In this document: in pieces, positions 22,201 through 28,908 of the stretch
Numbering within the stretch: position 1 is the stretch's first letter
Layout of the letters: every line of letters begins with the position of its first letter
IMG/VR virus record: IMGVR_UViG_3300020205_002287
Span: 4,225-68,224 of that record
Source of the DNA: a virus
DNA length: 64,000 nucleotides
Direction: 5' to 3' (one strand)
Notes under the pieces: model-generated
What the model saw: the letters and a program-made list of their open reading frames with translations, nothing else
Told to the model about the DNA's origin: nothing
The model's database searches: none
Made by a program: the position numbers and the translations under genes

Positions 22201-22847
22201 TTTACTTTTCTTTGACCTTCTTCGCGTTCTCCAAAGATTGGGTCGACAATTGCTTTTTGCGCACCATACATTGCTGGTAATTCGTAGGGCATTCTTCGGC
22301 CAGCTCGGACCAATCTTTGCTGTAGCTCGTCCCTGTATTGCCATATGGCTGGAGGCTCATTGCCTAAAAAGTTAGATCCTGCAAGATTTTTTTCTTCTTT
22401 GGTTAGGTATTGATAACCGTGTCTTTCACTAACAATCCCATCGTATCCGGTAGTTAGCTGCCCCTTGCGTTCATATACTAGCTTAGAATAAACATCGCTT
22501 TCACCTTCCACATACCTGCTGACACCTTGTAGCTCATCTAAATGGCGACGAATTTCAACAGCGCTTTTAACCATTTTTGTTGCAAGCGGTTTGCCATTGT
22601 CAGAAGAAGTTTGTAAAAACTTTGCTAGTTTTAATCCACCACGCTTAGTGACTTTTGAAGCTACGCCAGAAGCTACCATTACAGTAGCCGTTGAGGCAAA
22701 GAATTTCATTATAGGATGGCCATTTAAGGCCCTGCTAATCATTCCAGAGTTTGATGCTGTACCATTAGATTCACCCTCATTTATGGGCAAATCTCTAGAT
22801 GTTACACCGTATCCTAAGTTTTGTATTGGCCCTGGATCGCGTATCAA
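16209..22847 (-). CDS. 2212-aa virion protein, tape-measure candidate
   Basis: Lies directly downstream of two tail-chaperone-like genes and the tube genes, the usual tape-measure position. Ala/Gly/Lys-rich with Gly-rich hydrophobic segments near both ends; GGGAG SD upstream of a TTG start. Confidence 0.55.
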   Translation of the reverse strand: MIRDPGPIQNLGYGVTSRDLPINEGESNGTASNSGMISRALNGHPIMKFFASTATVMVASGVASKVTKRGGLKLAKFLQTSSDNGKPLATKMVKSAVEIRRHLDELQGVSRYVEGESDVYSKLVYERKGQLTTGYDGIVSERHGYQYLTKEEKNLAGSNFLGNEPPAIWQYRDELQQRLVRAGRRMPYELPAMYGAQKAIVDPIFGEREEGQRKVKWYNPADVIADFTKSSLTMMATMIAPFEGAGAALGAGKSSLNTLRYSMNDMRNLTPFNKKLRQGFVDVTETLADVGHDFATMTNKFLKTSAQTSGALSTATKAYTQNQQGFVQNLQSLRHGVKAARDAQAAQGASRQAIKKAGFSAFKKGFTDASGETSASITELPSAFRGLRKAFVAGKEEYKNLGRGYDALENSIAHARVLKSMVGVPNAAQTLESAMHRIQSQHSSRLSSFARGVKIMGGGGPGNEALPRSNFAYNQQTDAFKDLLQDQLISRGLDGKQAKQFTDYLKVRLPKSNMDSTNIITIGKTKIYEEGADAASLSEDFFSRVIQRYKGVSGGKTFEDAIQPNALKNSVEDARDIFASKEFQKGLNNKIAKNWNKFYRDDLTTIGGGILKPMKANYNDFTGPHTAAKTEFLQRKTAQTLGINLTDSTGRQVSNDIVTAGLRKRGFDPNQFTDLRAFLIKNRQMTSGVSGGGHNLFGLKSLTIDEARQSGRFSHMSEPEQKIIHDLASRMAINDPVSKSIGFSKMDGVYQSRSGQILDFTSVKSTFTKTANFFASEFKIPILGFNPADLFGYRSFSEMANRSPLQYVSSRSVQPFMPQGASTKSDFHMWFKTKGSKGKLMAFDTDNVSETIHSSLMSGTYRALPTNTTDLLTRHSRFASNMQGQTINEIRDSSGSKFLDRILGGERAIRFKKKMSIDPEQPNSLFGLASRFKNRSTDLSNNGVMARLLSGDDLKYNSGGKERLIRIDKQTSGGLRVVDDLGNVVDDFSEADLLKGMHSLSKESLRYGTPVKVMKELETINPGLFTFGGRTASSIETAEQAVQFADDLLAAQKLVSQQLRKKGVDPTMLDASSSRMRTLKDSTNLNAMSQMAEKSPTITTKLDQLKNEIFRYISQSNQMQAGTSGNLFIEMQTVVDKLVKSGAISASERVEAQAAALSTMFNMSAFKTFKHSAGNLENARAGAVEMFELSRSNNGSLKSMFDPFAKSEMSKVSTGIRKKFSPLVSLKQKALGTSGYQADDLAVDPLGSGQSITVVPTFGTVFGRDPMGAIKSAIGLTTYSDPQSFSTASIPVSQGVERLNRYFGTLGMQLNVSDFKGPLDLFATGMVGKRVLPMYAAGVTALTVDRTMGGMVNEKDDRGERVYSPLVLGQVAKGAMELQSLSAGLTPGGMTYDEKKEQLVEGEVPIRQGRFWPLGNTPFKGGKIQYYRPSWYRKLQAGAMFTSDTYGSPAEKFLFYNDISPLRPLDPYRFERKHYEDRPYPVSGEYFTGPFGPLVPLANMTVGKLLKPQVLMHENETAQGLSNYTNAGQSGAYDASAYGMTSSYIDGVGFTRDMAGGSPQMALTGSGAMTARPGSPIGSSGATGISGVNSMLASRAGSTGAAGSMVRSSLKDVNSQYSDLSYGPPKTSGVMAPRIVGAGAPLEPSTSSFQAGELGFRMQEMAGIYGFGFGNLRKSLGFGQSDYQPQRSVLQSASKAYGSTRAFWDLNLGGLGDAPLGNREGLGNLEFSEIVRRFIPKERTGVDYINPIENTMGKQYPFLPGSEYFTDFTRGDPYTKVQEGELRLPGVGYERFNRLNPDSTGSYGALDQLKILGDVAPFSQQYKTLDKKIDSMDLGPAERNKVTDIRSQVESMATKNEFTDYKYKGSSAEEMGQHPLKFGAGRIGEYIAHSDNFAINKTIGKRTATEDWERKHVYGATFPEWQRPFDSYIKPMIDKSTQRDPITAATGLGIAGSLFGRTAKAKLLGTAVGVTTGLAASTYGQASELITGERFMPKQRKKELALEEYSDILSYVKNKRLETMAKSSGDEKAALDYGMAAKRTMYGADLYGKDIDTLSLSIPKRKREHFKAMLNAPEGERGRILSTAGRLERRIYEASWGMNVEQRPDLDDYFTRHELPDASWEGWHPNTNLEQVKIKTGESMGIEMSQMGYFPQQIREANLANPSYPQFGKSSDGNSTLDKLRQLMNGFGFSGSVTPVMNPFGSQGIDVSAGVR

Positions 22848-22864
22848 TCTAACTCCCTAGATTA

Positions 22865-23488
22865 TTATCCCCATAGTTTTTGAGCGATGGGGTCTTCATA
22901 TGTTGATGTTCCTGGCATCTTAGACAGATTGTGTCGTGCTGCATGCATTTTCTGTTTTTCTAACTCTTCTTCAGGATCTATTAACTGAAGAGTTAGATTA
23001 GTAGATTCAATGCCGTTAATGCCTTGTTTAATTTCTATTATTTTTTCAGCTAGGGCAACTCTTTCTGCTAATTGAGAAAAAGTCATTTCGTCTAATTGCT
23101 CTGGGCTGTATGTACTTATAGTAGCGAGAACAAAGGCTTTCATTAAATTTTTAACCTCTGATGCTTCTTCTCTTTTTTCTTGAAGAATTCTTTTTGCAAG
23201 TTTTGCAGAAGTTATCCCAGATATATCTAATACCTCCTGGGCTAAAGAAGAAACATTCCCAGGAGGTATTCGAGCAATATCAAAATCTTCAGGATAAACA
23301 ATGGTAAATTCTAAGACTAGATCCTCAACATCAGCTGAAGAAAAATCTTCCAGATCTTTATAATAAAGAATTTGATTATATTCTTTAAATGTTAGTTCTC
23401 TAAAAATTATATCTTTATTTTTAATATTAACAGAATAGATATTTCCATATCTGTTTTTAAGATCAAAGATTAATTGGCTATCTAGCAT
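22865..23488 (-). CDS. Probable tail assembly chaperone (paralogue 2)
   Basis: Acidic 207-aa protein between tube genes and the tape-measure candidate. Shares K..YG.(I/V)Y, (F/W)R.L...EY, YP and G..S.(L/I)AQEVL..SG with the upstream gene. Confidence 0.6.
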   Translation of the reverse strand: MLDSQLIFDLKNRYGNIYSVNIKNKDIIFRELTFKEYNQILYYKDLEDFSSADVEDLVLEFTIVYPEDFDIARIPPGNVSSLAQEVLDISGITSAKLAKRILQEKREEASEVKNLMKAFVLATISTYSPEQLDEMTFSQLAERVALAEKIIEIKQGINGIESTNLTLQLIDPEEELEKQKMHAARHNLSKMPGTSTYEDPIAQKLWG

Positions 23489-23492
23489 CTAA

Positions 23493-24041
23493 TTAGAGTT
23501 GTCTAACCTCAAGGGCAACAAAGCCTGAAGCTTCGAGCACTTCTTGAGCAATAAGAGATGGCATACCAGCCATAACTCCAAGTGCTGTTTTTTTGTCGTA
23601 CTTAGGATACAGTACGCAGAGTTCAGTGATTGCTTCTTCGTTCCACATGTTAGCTTCAGCAGAAGTCAGCTGTCCACCCTGGACCAATTGCTCCATCTTC
23701 TTAACAACCTGCTTATATTCAACTCGATTCAGTACTCGCCAAACAATGTGCTTGTCATAAGAAATAGATGTAACATAAACGTCTCCGTAATGTTGCTTCC
23801 ATTGCTTAATCATTCCAGCATTGGGGCCACCGTCCCAGATTTCTACATCATCTGCCAGATCTTCAATGTCTTTTGACTCTTCAACTTCAAGATCAAGATC
23901 GTATTCTTCGATTGCTTCTTGAGCTCTTACGTCGATGGCATCTGGATCATCGGTTGTGACCAATGTGACTGCTTCATCAAAACCTAAATTTTTGATATCC
24001 TCTGGGGTATCTCCTATTACTACTTTTCTTTGATTTGCCAT
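23493..24041 (-). CDS. Probable tail assembly chaperone (paralogue 1)
   Basis: AAGGAG SD; acidic 182 aa; same motif set as 22865..23488; syntenic chaperone position. Confidence 0.6.
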   Translation of the reverse strand: MANQRKVVIGDTPEDIKNLGFDEAVTLVTTDDPDAIDVRAQEAIEEYDLDLEVEESKDIEDLADDVEIWDGGPNAGMIKQWKQHYGDVYVTSISYDKHIVWRVLNRVEYKQVVKKMEQLVQGGQLTSAEANMWNEEAITELCVLYPKYDKKTALGVMAGMPSLIAQEVLEASGFVALEVRQL

Positions 24042-24072
24042 ATTAATGTTTCTCCTTAGTATGTATCAGTAC

Positions 24073-24101
24073 ATAATATCATAAAATTACTTTTTTTTCA
24101 A
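24073..24101 (-). promoter_or_regulatory. Sigma70/SigA-type promoter (TTGAAA-17-TATTAT, extended -10 TG)
   Basis: Minus strand reads TTGAAA AAAAAGTAATTTTATGA TATTAT, about 30 nt upstream of the ATG at 24041. Confidence 0.6.
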
Positions 24102-24117
24102 TTATAAATCACTAAAA

Positions 24118-25083
24118 TTAAAAGCTCCAGCTAGTACTTGGATCTTGTAATAACTGGTCATAAGTAAGTGAGCTAGGATCAATATTAGATGGCGCATCAG
24201 AATCTGAAGTATTATTAGCAGACATTCCTTTTATGAAATCAAGCTTTGCTTCAGTAAAATAATAATCTCTAGCTATAAATTGATAACTCTCACCAATTGC
24301 CATACCACCTGGGTTATAGGTTGTTGACATATTCATTAAATTAACTTGCTGAAGTATTATTTTCATTGGACTTACTTTATTGTCCATTTTAATAGTTCTT
24401 TGATTAACGTCAAAAGACATTTGATTATTTAAATAACTAGAAGTACTTGTGTCTTCAGAAGCATTGGCGCTGAATGGACTTAGGGCTGTTTCTTCTAGTC
24501 CGTACAAAATAACAAAATTAAATGGTGGGTGGGCGCTGAATATATTGGTAGTGTCATATCCAGAAACTGCCGGGTCAGAAGTTATTCTATCCAATTGACT
24601 ATAGGCCCAAAATTTTTCTATATTACTTTCATCGCTTGAAGAAAGTTGTGAATCTAATCGTGAAACAATTGTGTCTTTTGGTGTCCTAGTACTTTTATTC
24701 ATCGCTCGAGATTTTGCTGCTTTTTCTAGAAGCTCTGTCATTCTGCGCGGATACCTGGTGAATATACTTATTTCACCACTAATGATTCTTGAACCCAGCA
24801 TGACCGTATCATAATTGTATGACCAGAATCCGTAAACAGGTTGTTTTTCCTGTCTAACGGAATAGGAAAAGGAAGCAATATCTAATTCATCTTCTGGACC
24901 AAAAAGACCATCAATGTATACTTTTACATCTTCCCCACTGAAGTAGTAATCATAATAATTATTAAAAGTTTTGTCAGTATCTGGTGCCCTACCTGCGTAG
25001 ACTCTATCTATGTGATTTGATAAGGGATCGTATTCTTTATCAAATTTCCAAAACTTTTTATTATCTAATCTTGATTCCGGCAT
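24118..25083 (-). CDS. Tail-tube-fold protein (tube initiator / baseplate-tube junction-like), 321 aa
   Basis: YFSGEDV..IASFSYSVRQEKQPVYGF..GSRIISGEI..PPFNFVI..YQFIARD, paralogous to the tube gene at 25924..26601. Confidence 0.65.
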   Translation of the reverse strand: MPESRLDNKKFWKFDKEYDPLSNHIDRVYAGRAPDTDKTFNNYYDYYFSGEDVKVYIDGLFGPEDELDIASFSYSVRQEKQPVYGFWSYNYDTVMLGSRIISGEISIFTRYPRRMTELLEKAAKSRAMNKSTRTPKDTIVSRLDSQLSSSDESNIEKFWAYSQLDRITSDPAVSGYDTTNIFSAHPPFNFVILYGLEETALSPFSANASEDTSTSSYLNNQMSFDVNQRTIKMDNKVSPMKIILQQVNLMNMSTTYNPGGMAIGESYQFIARDYYFTEAKLDFIKGMSANNTSDSDAPSNIDPSSLTYDQLLQDPSTSWSF

Positions 25084-25112
25084 TATTACCTGCTATCTAG
25101 CGATGTTTTCTA

Positions 25113-25847
25113 TCATATTGGGATGATACGTTCTACCATATTTTGATTATAAAATTCAGATATTTTGTCTACAGCTTCGTCACCAAATATATTTCTAGAT
25201 ATTTGCACATCTCTTTGGGTTACTGCTGGATCTTTCGTCGAGTCTATTTCAGAACTAATATCCATTTTGACCATGGGTTGAATACCACGAGCCATGTAGG
25301 TGTAAGTCTGTTCAGTAATTAAGTCATCAATTGATATTGTTTGACCTTCATCTACAATAGTAATGCCAAAGATCTTCATTTTAGCAGATTGGCCATACTC
25401 ATTGAAGAAAGAAATTACTATGTCAAATGGCGGAAGCATGTCAGCTAGCGGGGCGAAGAAACCGTTTCTTCTTCCTAGAAGTTCTCTATATTTTTTAATT
25501 TTATAAAATGCATACTCGTTAAAAACAGTAAATATTAAGCTTCCAGCTATTGTTCTGCCACCCTTAATGAAGCCTCTTACATTTACATGCCCAAGAGTTC
25601 TAACAGGAGAATTCTCTCTATGTATTGAATATGATAATGTTTGCAGTTCGCCCAATTCAATAACATCACCATCATTAGTGATTTTTCCGTCCTCGCCTAT
25701 AACTGGGATGATCATTGTTGCTACGGCATCTGCGCCAGAAAACGATATATTCTGAAAAGATAATTTAGGATCATAAGTCCCATGAGGCTCAGTATCCTGC
25801 GGCGGATCAATATTAATCTTTGGTTTACCAGTATAAATCTTTGTCAT
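25113..25847 (-). CDS. Tail-tube-fold protein (second tube paralogue), 244 aa
   Basis: SFSGADA..LQTLSYSIHRENSPVRTLG..GGRTIAGSLIFTVF..LADMLPPFDIVISFFNEYGQ..DDLITEQTYTYMAR, strongly similar to 25924..26601; AAGGA SD. Confidence 0.7.
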   Translation of the reverse strand: MTKIYTGKPKINIDPPQDTEPHGTYDPKLSFQNISFSGADAVATMIIPVIGEDGKITNDGDVIELGELQTLSYSIHRENSPVRTLGHVNVRGFIKGGRTIAGSLIFTVFNEYAFYKIKKYRELLGRRNGFFAPLADMLPPFDIVISFFNEYGQSAKMKIFGITIVDEGQTISIDDLITEQTYTYMARGIQPMVKMDISSEIDSTKDPAVTQRDVQISRNIFGDEAVDKISEFYNQNMVERIIPI

Positions 25848-25864
25848 TATTCCTTATCCTTATA

Positions 25865-25899
25865 ATGAAATGTGCACGGGGGAAGATCCCCCGTGCACA
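25865..25899 (-). terminator. Intrinsic terminator downstream of the tail tube gene
   Basis: Perfect 13-bp inverted repeat TGTGCACGGGGGA / TCCCCCGTGCACA followed by TTTCATT on the minus strand. Confidence 0.75.
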
Positions 25900-25923
25900 C
25901 CTGTCAACCTAGAGTAGTTTCTA

Positions 25924-26601
25924 TTACGGTCTGATGATATCTGACTTAAGGGCATTTGCTTGGATAAAGTCAAGAGCGTCCACGTCAGCGTTGTCAATGA
26001 GACCATCTGTTTTAATTGTGTACATCGGGCCGAGTTCACGAGCAACATAAGTCATTGTTTCTTCAATGACGATGTCATCCATTGAAGCGCCTGAACCTTC
26101 GTTCAAGAGTTCGCAACCATAGATCGATCTAACGGCAGATTGGCCATACTCGTTCACAAATGTGATAGTAATATCAAAGGGAGGAATTTGGTCAGCGTAG
26201 TAAGGAACTTTCTTTACAACACTGAGCGCCTGGTCATTGACATCGGCTATTCCGCGATACTTATAAGATGTATCCCCAGGAAGTGCGTTATGGCTTCTTG
26301 TGTAGAAAACCTGTGTCGGATCACCATTTGCACGATTCTTGTCCAACATTGTATACAACGCTGGGCGATCAAAAACTGTGAAAATTAATGAGCCTGCAAT
26401 ACCTCTTTTTCCTCTTGAGAATGAACGAGGATTAGGTGAACCCATTGTGTAAATGGGAGCTTTTTCTCTAGTGACAGAGAAAGTAATGCCCGAAAGAGCA
26501 CCAATTTCAATTCCACCAAAAGTGGCTACAATGTCTGCACCTGAGAAGGTGGTGTAGGTATTTAGGTATTTATTTACTGATGTATAATCTTCAGTTGCCA
26601 T
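25924..26601 (-). CDS. Major tail tube protein
   Basis: Directly follows the sheath gene, has a strong GGAGG SD and is followed by a terminator. TFSGADIVATF..ITFSVTREKAPIYTMG..RGKRGIAGSLIFTVFDR..DQIPPFDITI..SMDDIVIEETMTYVAR is typical of large-myophage tube proteins. Confidence 0.8.
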   Translation of the reverse strand: MATEDYTSVNKYLNTYTTFSGADIVATFGGIEIGALSGITFSVTREKAPIYTMGSPNPRSFSRGKRGIAGSLIFTVFDRPALYTMLDKNRANGDPTQVFYTRSHNALPGDTSYKYRGIADVNDQALSVVKKVPYYADQIPPFDITITFVNEYGQSAVRSIYGCELLNEGSGASMDDIVIEETMTYVARELGPMYTIKTDGLIDNADVDALDFIQANALKSDIIRP

Positions 26602-26626
26602 TTTGAATTACCCTCCAATCGGTATA

Positions 26627-27898
26627 TTATAAGTTAATGGCTACCTGGACTTCGATTGTTTTAAGTTCGAAGGCAGGTGTTAAAACGAGGTCAACAATCG
26701 CTTTATTTTGGTTGGGAACATACGAAACTGTAAAATCGCTTCCCAATAAAGCACCCATGAGCTGCATTCCTCTTAGACCAGAAGTAATTGCTGTTTCCAT
26801 CGCATTGCGAACTTGAATGTTCGATGGCTCACCAATAAACTTCTGGCAAACTTGTCTAATGACAAGAGAAGCTTCGTCAACAATTCTCTTCGTTGACAAA
26901 CGAGTGTAGTCTGATGTTGTCTGAGCAAATGTCAAACCCTCACCAAAAACTGCTACTTTATTAAAGTTAAGAACAACAGTATTAATACCCTTTTCACTCA
27001 AAGCTTGCTGCTGAGTTCTTGTTGGAGCATAACGAAGAGCCTCAACATTGTAAAGTGGCTTATTAACCACTGAACTATATGAAGCCAGTCTGCTCATTGA
27101 GGCTGCTAAAAAGGCTGCACCATTTGAATAGCCGAATTGTGTCGTTCCCGATGAATAATTAACTGGCTTGATCTCAGTAGCAATGATAGTGACGTACGGT
27201 CCGACTGTCTTCCATGCATCTCCAGAATCTCTGTCCGGTAATCCAGACAAAGCAATTTTAGTTGCTATTTGACCTGGGGTCATTCTTTCATAGGTGGCAG
27301 TTCCGCCAAGAGTTGTACTAGCCAAGAAAGGCTTAACGCCCATAACGCCTATACAGGGGTTTGTGCTTTCTGAAATTTCTTTAACCTTAACTGCGACTTT
27401 ATAGGCCCAGTTTGTTGCATAGGCGGTATTGTTGTCAGCGTGAAAACCGTATTCTCTGTCATCACTGGGTGTAGCAGCATTTGCATTCCAGTCATTGGGG
27501 TCCGAACCACGGCCCCAAGGGATGATGATATCCGGAACTGCTGATTCTGCTGCGACAAAAGCTGGGTCAAAAACAGATCCACCAAAGGTCGAACTTGTTA
27601 CTGTGCAGAGTGTATGATCAAATACTGTATCACTTGGAAGTGGAACGATGAAAATTCTTTCAGCACCAGCGGTGACCAATTCGACGAATGCACGGTGTGC
27701 GTCTGATCCATTACCAAATGCGGTAATTGCATCAGCTTCGTTTGATACTCTAACTACGTCAAGGTCGGGAACTCCACCGGTATTGTCAGCAGTGCTGCGC
27801 TTTGCGATGGTTACAATTCTCGGACCAACAGGTGCGTCTTGTCTCGACACACTGTAAAAACGATCTCTTATTAAGGTTGTTACTCCAGGTATAGCCAT
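26627..27898 (-). CDS. Tail sheath protein
   Basis: N-terminal MAIPGV; C-terminal sheath-type region L..KGIN.V..GLT...SDYTRLSTKRIVD..FIGEP..L.L.PAFELKTI.V.V; GGAGG SD; directly upstream of the tube gene. Confidence 0.82.
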   Translation of the reverse strand: MAIPGVTTLIRDRFYSVSRQDAPVGPRIVTIAKRSTADNTGGVPDLDVVRVSNEADAITAFGNGSDAHRAFVELVTAGAERIFIVPLPSDTVFDHTLCTVTSSTFGGSVFDPAFVAAESAVPDIIIPWGRGSDPNDWNANAATPSDDREYGFHADNNTAYATNWAYKVAVKVKEISESTNPCIGVMGVKPFLASTTLGGTATYERMTPGQIATKIALSGLPDRDSGDAWKTVGPYVTIIATEIKPVNYSSGTTQFGYSNGAAFLAASMSRLASYSSVVNKPLYNVEALRYAPTRTQQQALSEKGINTVVLNFNKVAVFGEGLTFAQTTSDYTRLSTKRIVDEASLVIRQVCQKFIGEPSNIQVRNAMETAITSGLRGMQLMGALLGSDFTVSYVPNQNKAIVDLVLTPAFELKTIEVQVAINL

Positions 27899-27942
27899 AT
27901 TATTTTTAGACCTCCGATTGGGAATCTTTTAGAATCTTCATT

Positions 27943-27964
27943 TATAGTAACAGGCAAGTTATAA
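27943..27964 (-). promoter_or_regulatory. Putative phage-specific late promoter TTATAA-N8-TTACTATA upstream of the sheath gene
   Basis: Identical bipartite motif and spacing at 39635..39656; the TTACTAT core recurs in other intergenic gaps. Confidence 0.55.
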
Positions 27965-28010
27965 AAACAACTTCACAAACATTTATCTGAAGATAAATAT
28001 ATAGGTTTGG

Positions 28011-28907
28011 CTAGTAATTTGGGGTGGCAGATTGCTGTAAGTCAACTATATTTATAGTGACATCTTCAAAATTTGGTGTCGCTAATGATTCAACGATACT
28101 TCTTTCATATGCCATCCAAGTTCTTGCATCCACTGCGATCTTCTGGATTCTTTCATTCTTAATCGCAAATGTTTTTTCTGTAGTTAACATATAGGTTACA
28201 GTTCTTTTATGCAGGTCTTTTCCATCTCTATTTATTTCAGAATCGGAAAGTCTTCTAGAATACACTAGTTCTGAGGCACCCGCAGCTTTAAAGACTGGAG
28301 TATATTCCAACATAAAATCTTCAAAAGCTTCTATAACCTGATCAGCTAATACTGACGCATCGAGATCATCCCTAGTTGTTGTAATATTATTATTTTGAAA
28401 TGTTCCCACTTTTGTAAGAACTGAAAATGAAACTATGTTTTGAAATTTTTGACCATACACTGTTACGGTATTTTCCAATACATTTTGTCTCATTCTAGGC
28501 TTTGGCTCTGTAGTATGAGTTTTTCTTAATTCCAAAGAATAAACAATAATTGCTGGGAATTCTTCTAAAGCTGTTAATCCAGAACTTGATGACGCTGGCG
28601 CAGAAGATATCTCACTAACTTGTGTGCTAGATGCCATGGTATCGGAATAGGTACTACTAGTCTCCCTATTGATACCGCTGGGCAGGATGGGTATTGTAGG
28701 ATAACTTTCTTCCCATACTTTTTTTACTAAACCTATAAATTCAAGATAACTTAGATTTCCAGAATATATTTCTTCTACGCCATTCTCATCCAGTCTTCGG
28801 TAGCCTGGAGATTGGAGCACTGAATCTTTTAGCTGACTAGCCCAAATTGGTTCTGTAAATCTACTTTTTCTTCCATGGGAAGGGAACCCCCTATTTATAT
28901 ATGCCAT
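28011..28907 (-). CDS. Probable tail completion/terminator protein
   Basis: Start moved to ATG 28907 (MAYINRG; AGGAG SD, abuts the upstream stop). Lies between neck and sheath genes; PAIIVYSL..GQKFQNIVSF..ADQVIEAFEDFM..RTVTY pattern. Confidence 0.55.
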   Translation of the reverse strand: MAYINRGFPSHGRKSRFTEPIWASQLKDSVLQSPGYRRLDENGVEEIYSGNLSYLEFIGLVKKVWEESYPTIPILPSGINRETSSTYSDTMASSTQVSEISSAPASSSSGLTALEEFPAIIVYSLELRKTHTTEPKPRMRQNVLENTVTVYGQKFQNIVSFSVLTKVGTFQNNNITTTRDDLDASVLADQVIEAFEDFMLEYTPVFKAAGASELVYSRRLSDSEINRDGKDLHKRTVTYMLTTEKTFAIKNERIQKIAVDARTWMAYERSIVESLATPNFEDVTINIVDLQQSATPNY

Positions 28908-28908
28908 A

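Noticed and set aside
23480-23530. Programmed -1 frameshift between the tail chaperone genes
   Set aside because: No X XXY YYZ slippery heptamer near the first stop, and the second gene has its own ATG and is a paralogue.
26608-27925. The 5' UTRs of sheath (CCAATCGG) and tube (CCGATTGG) contain mutually complementary 8-mers overlapping their SD sequences
   Set aside because: Only 8 bp and partly constrained by the SD; cannot be distinguished from chance without covariation data.
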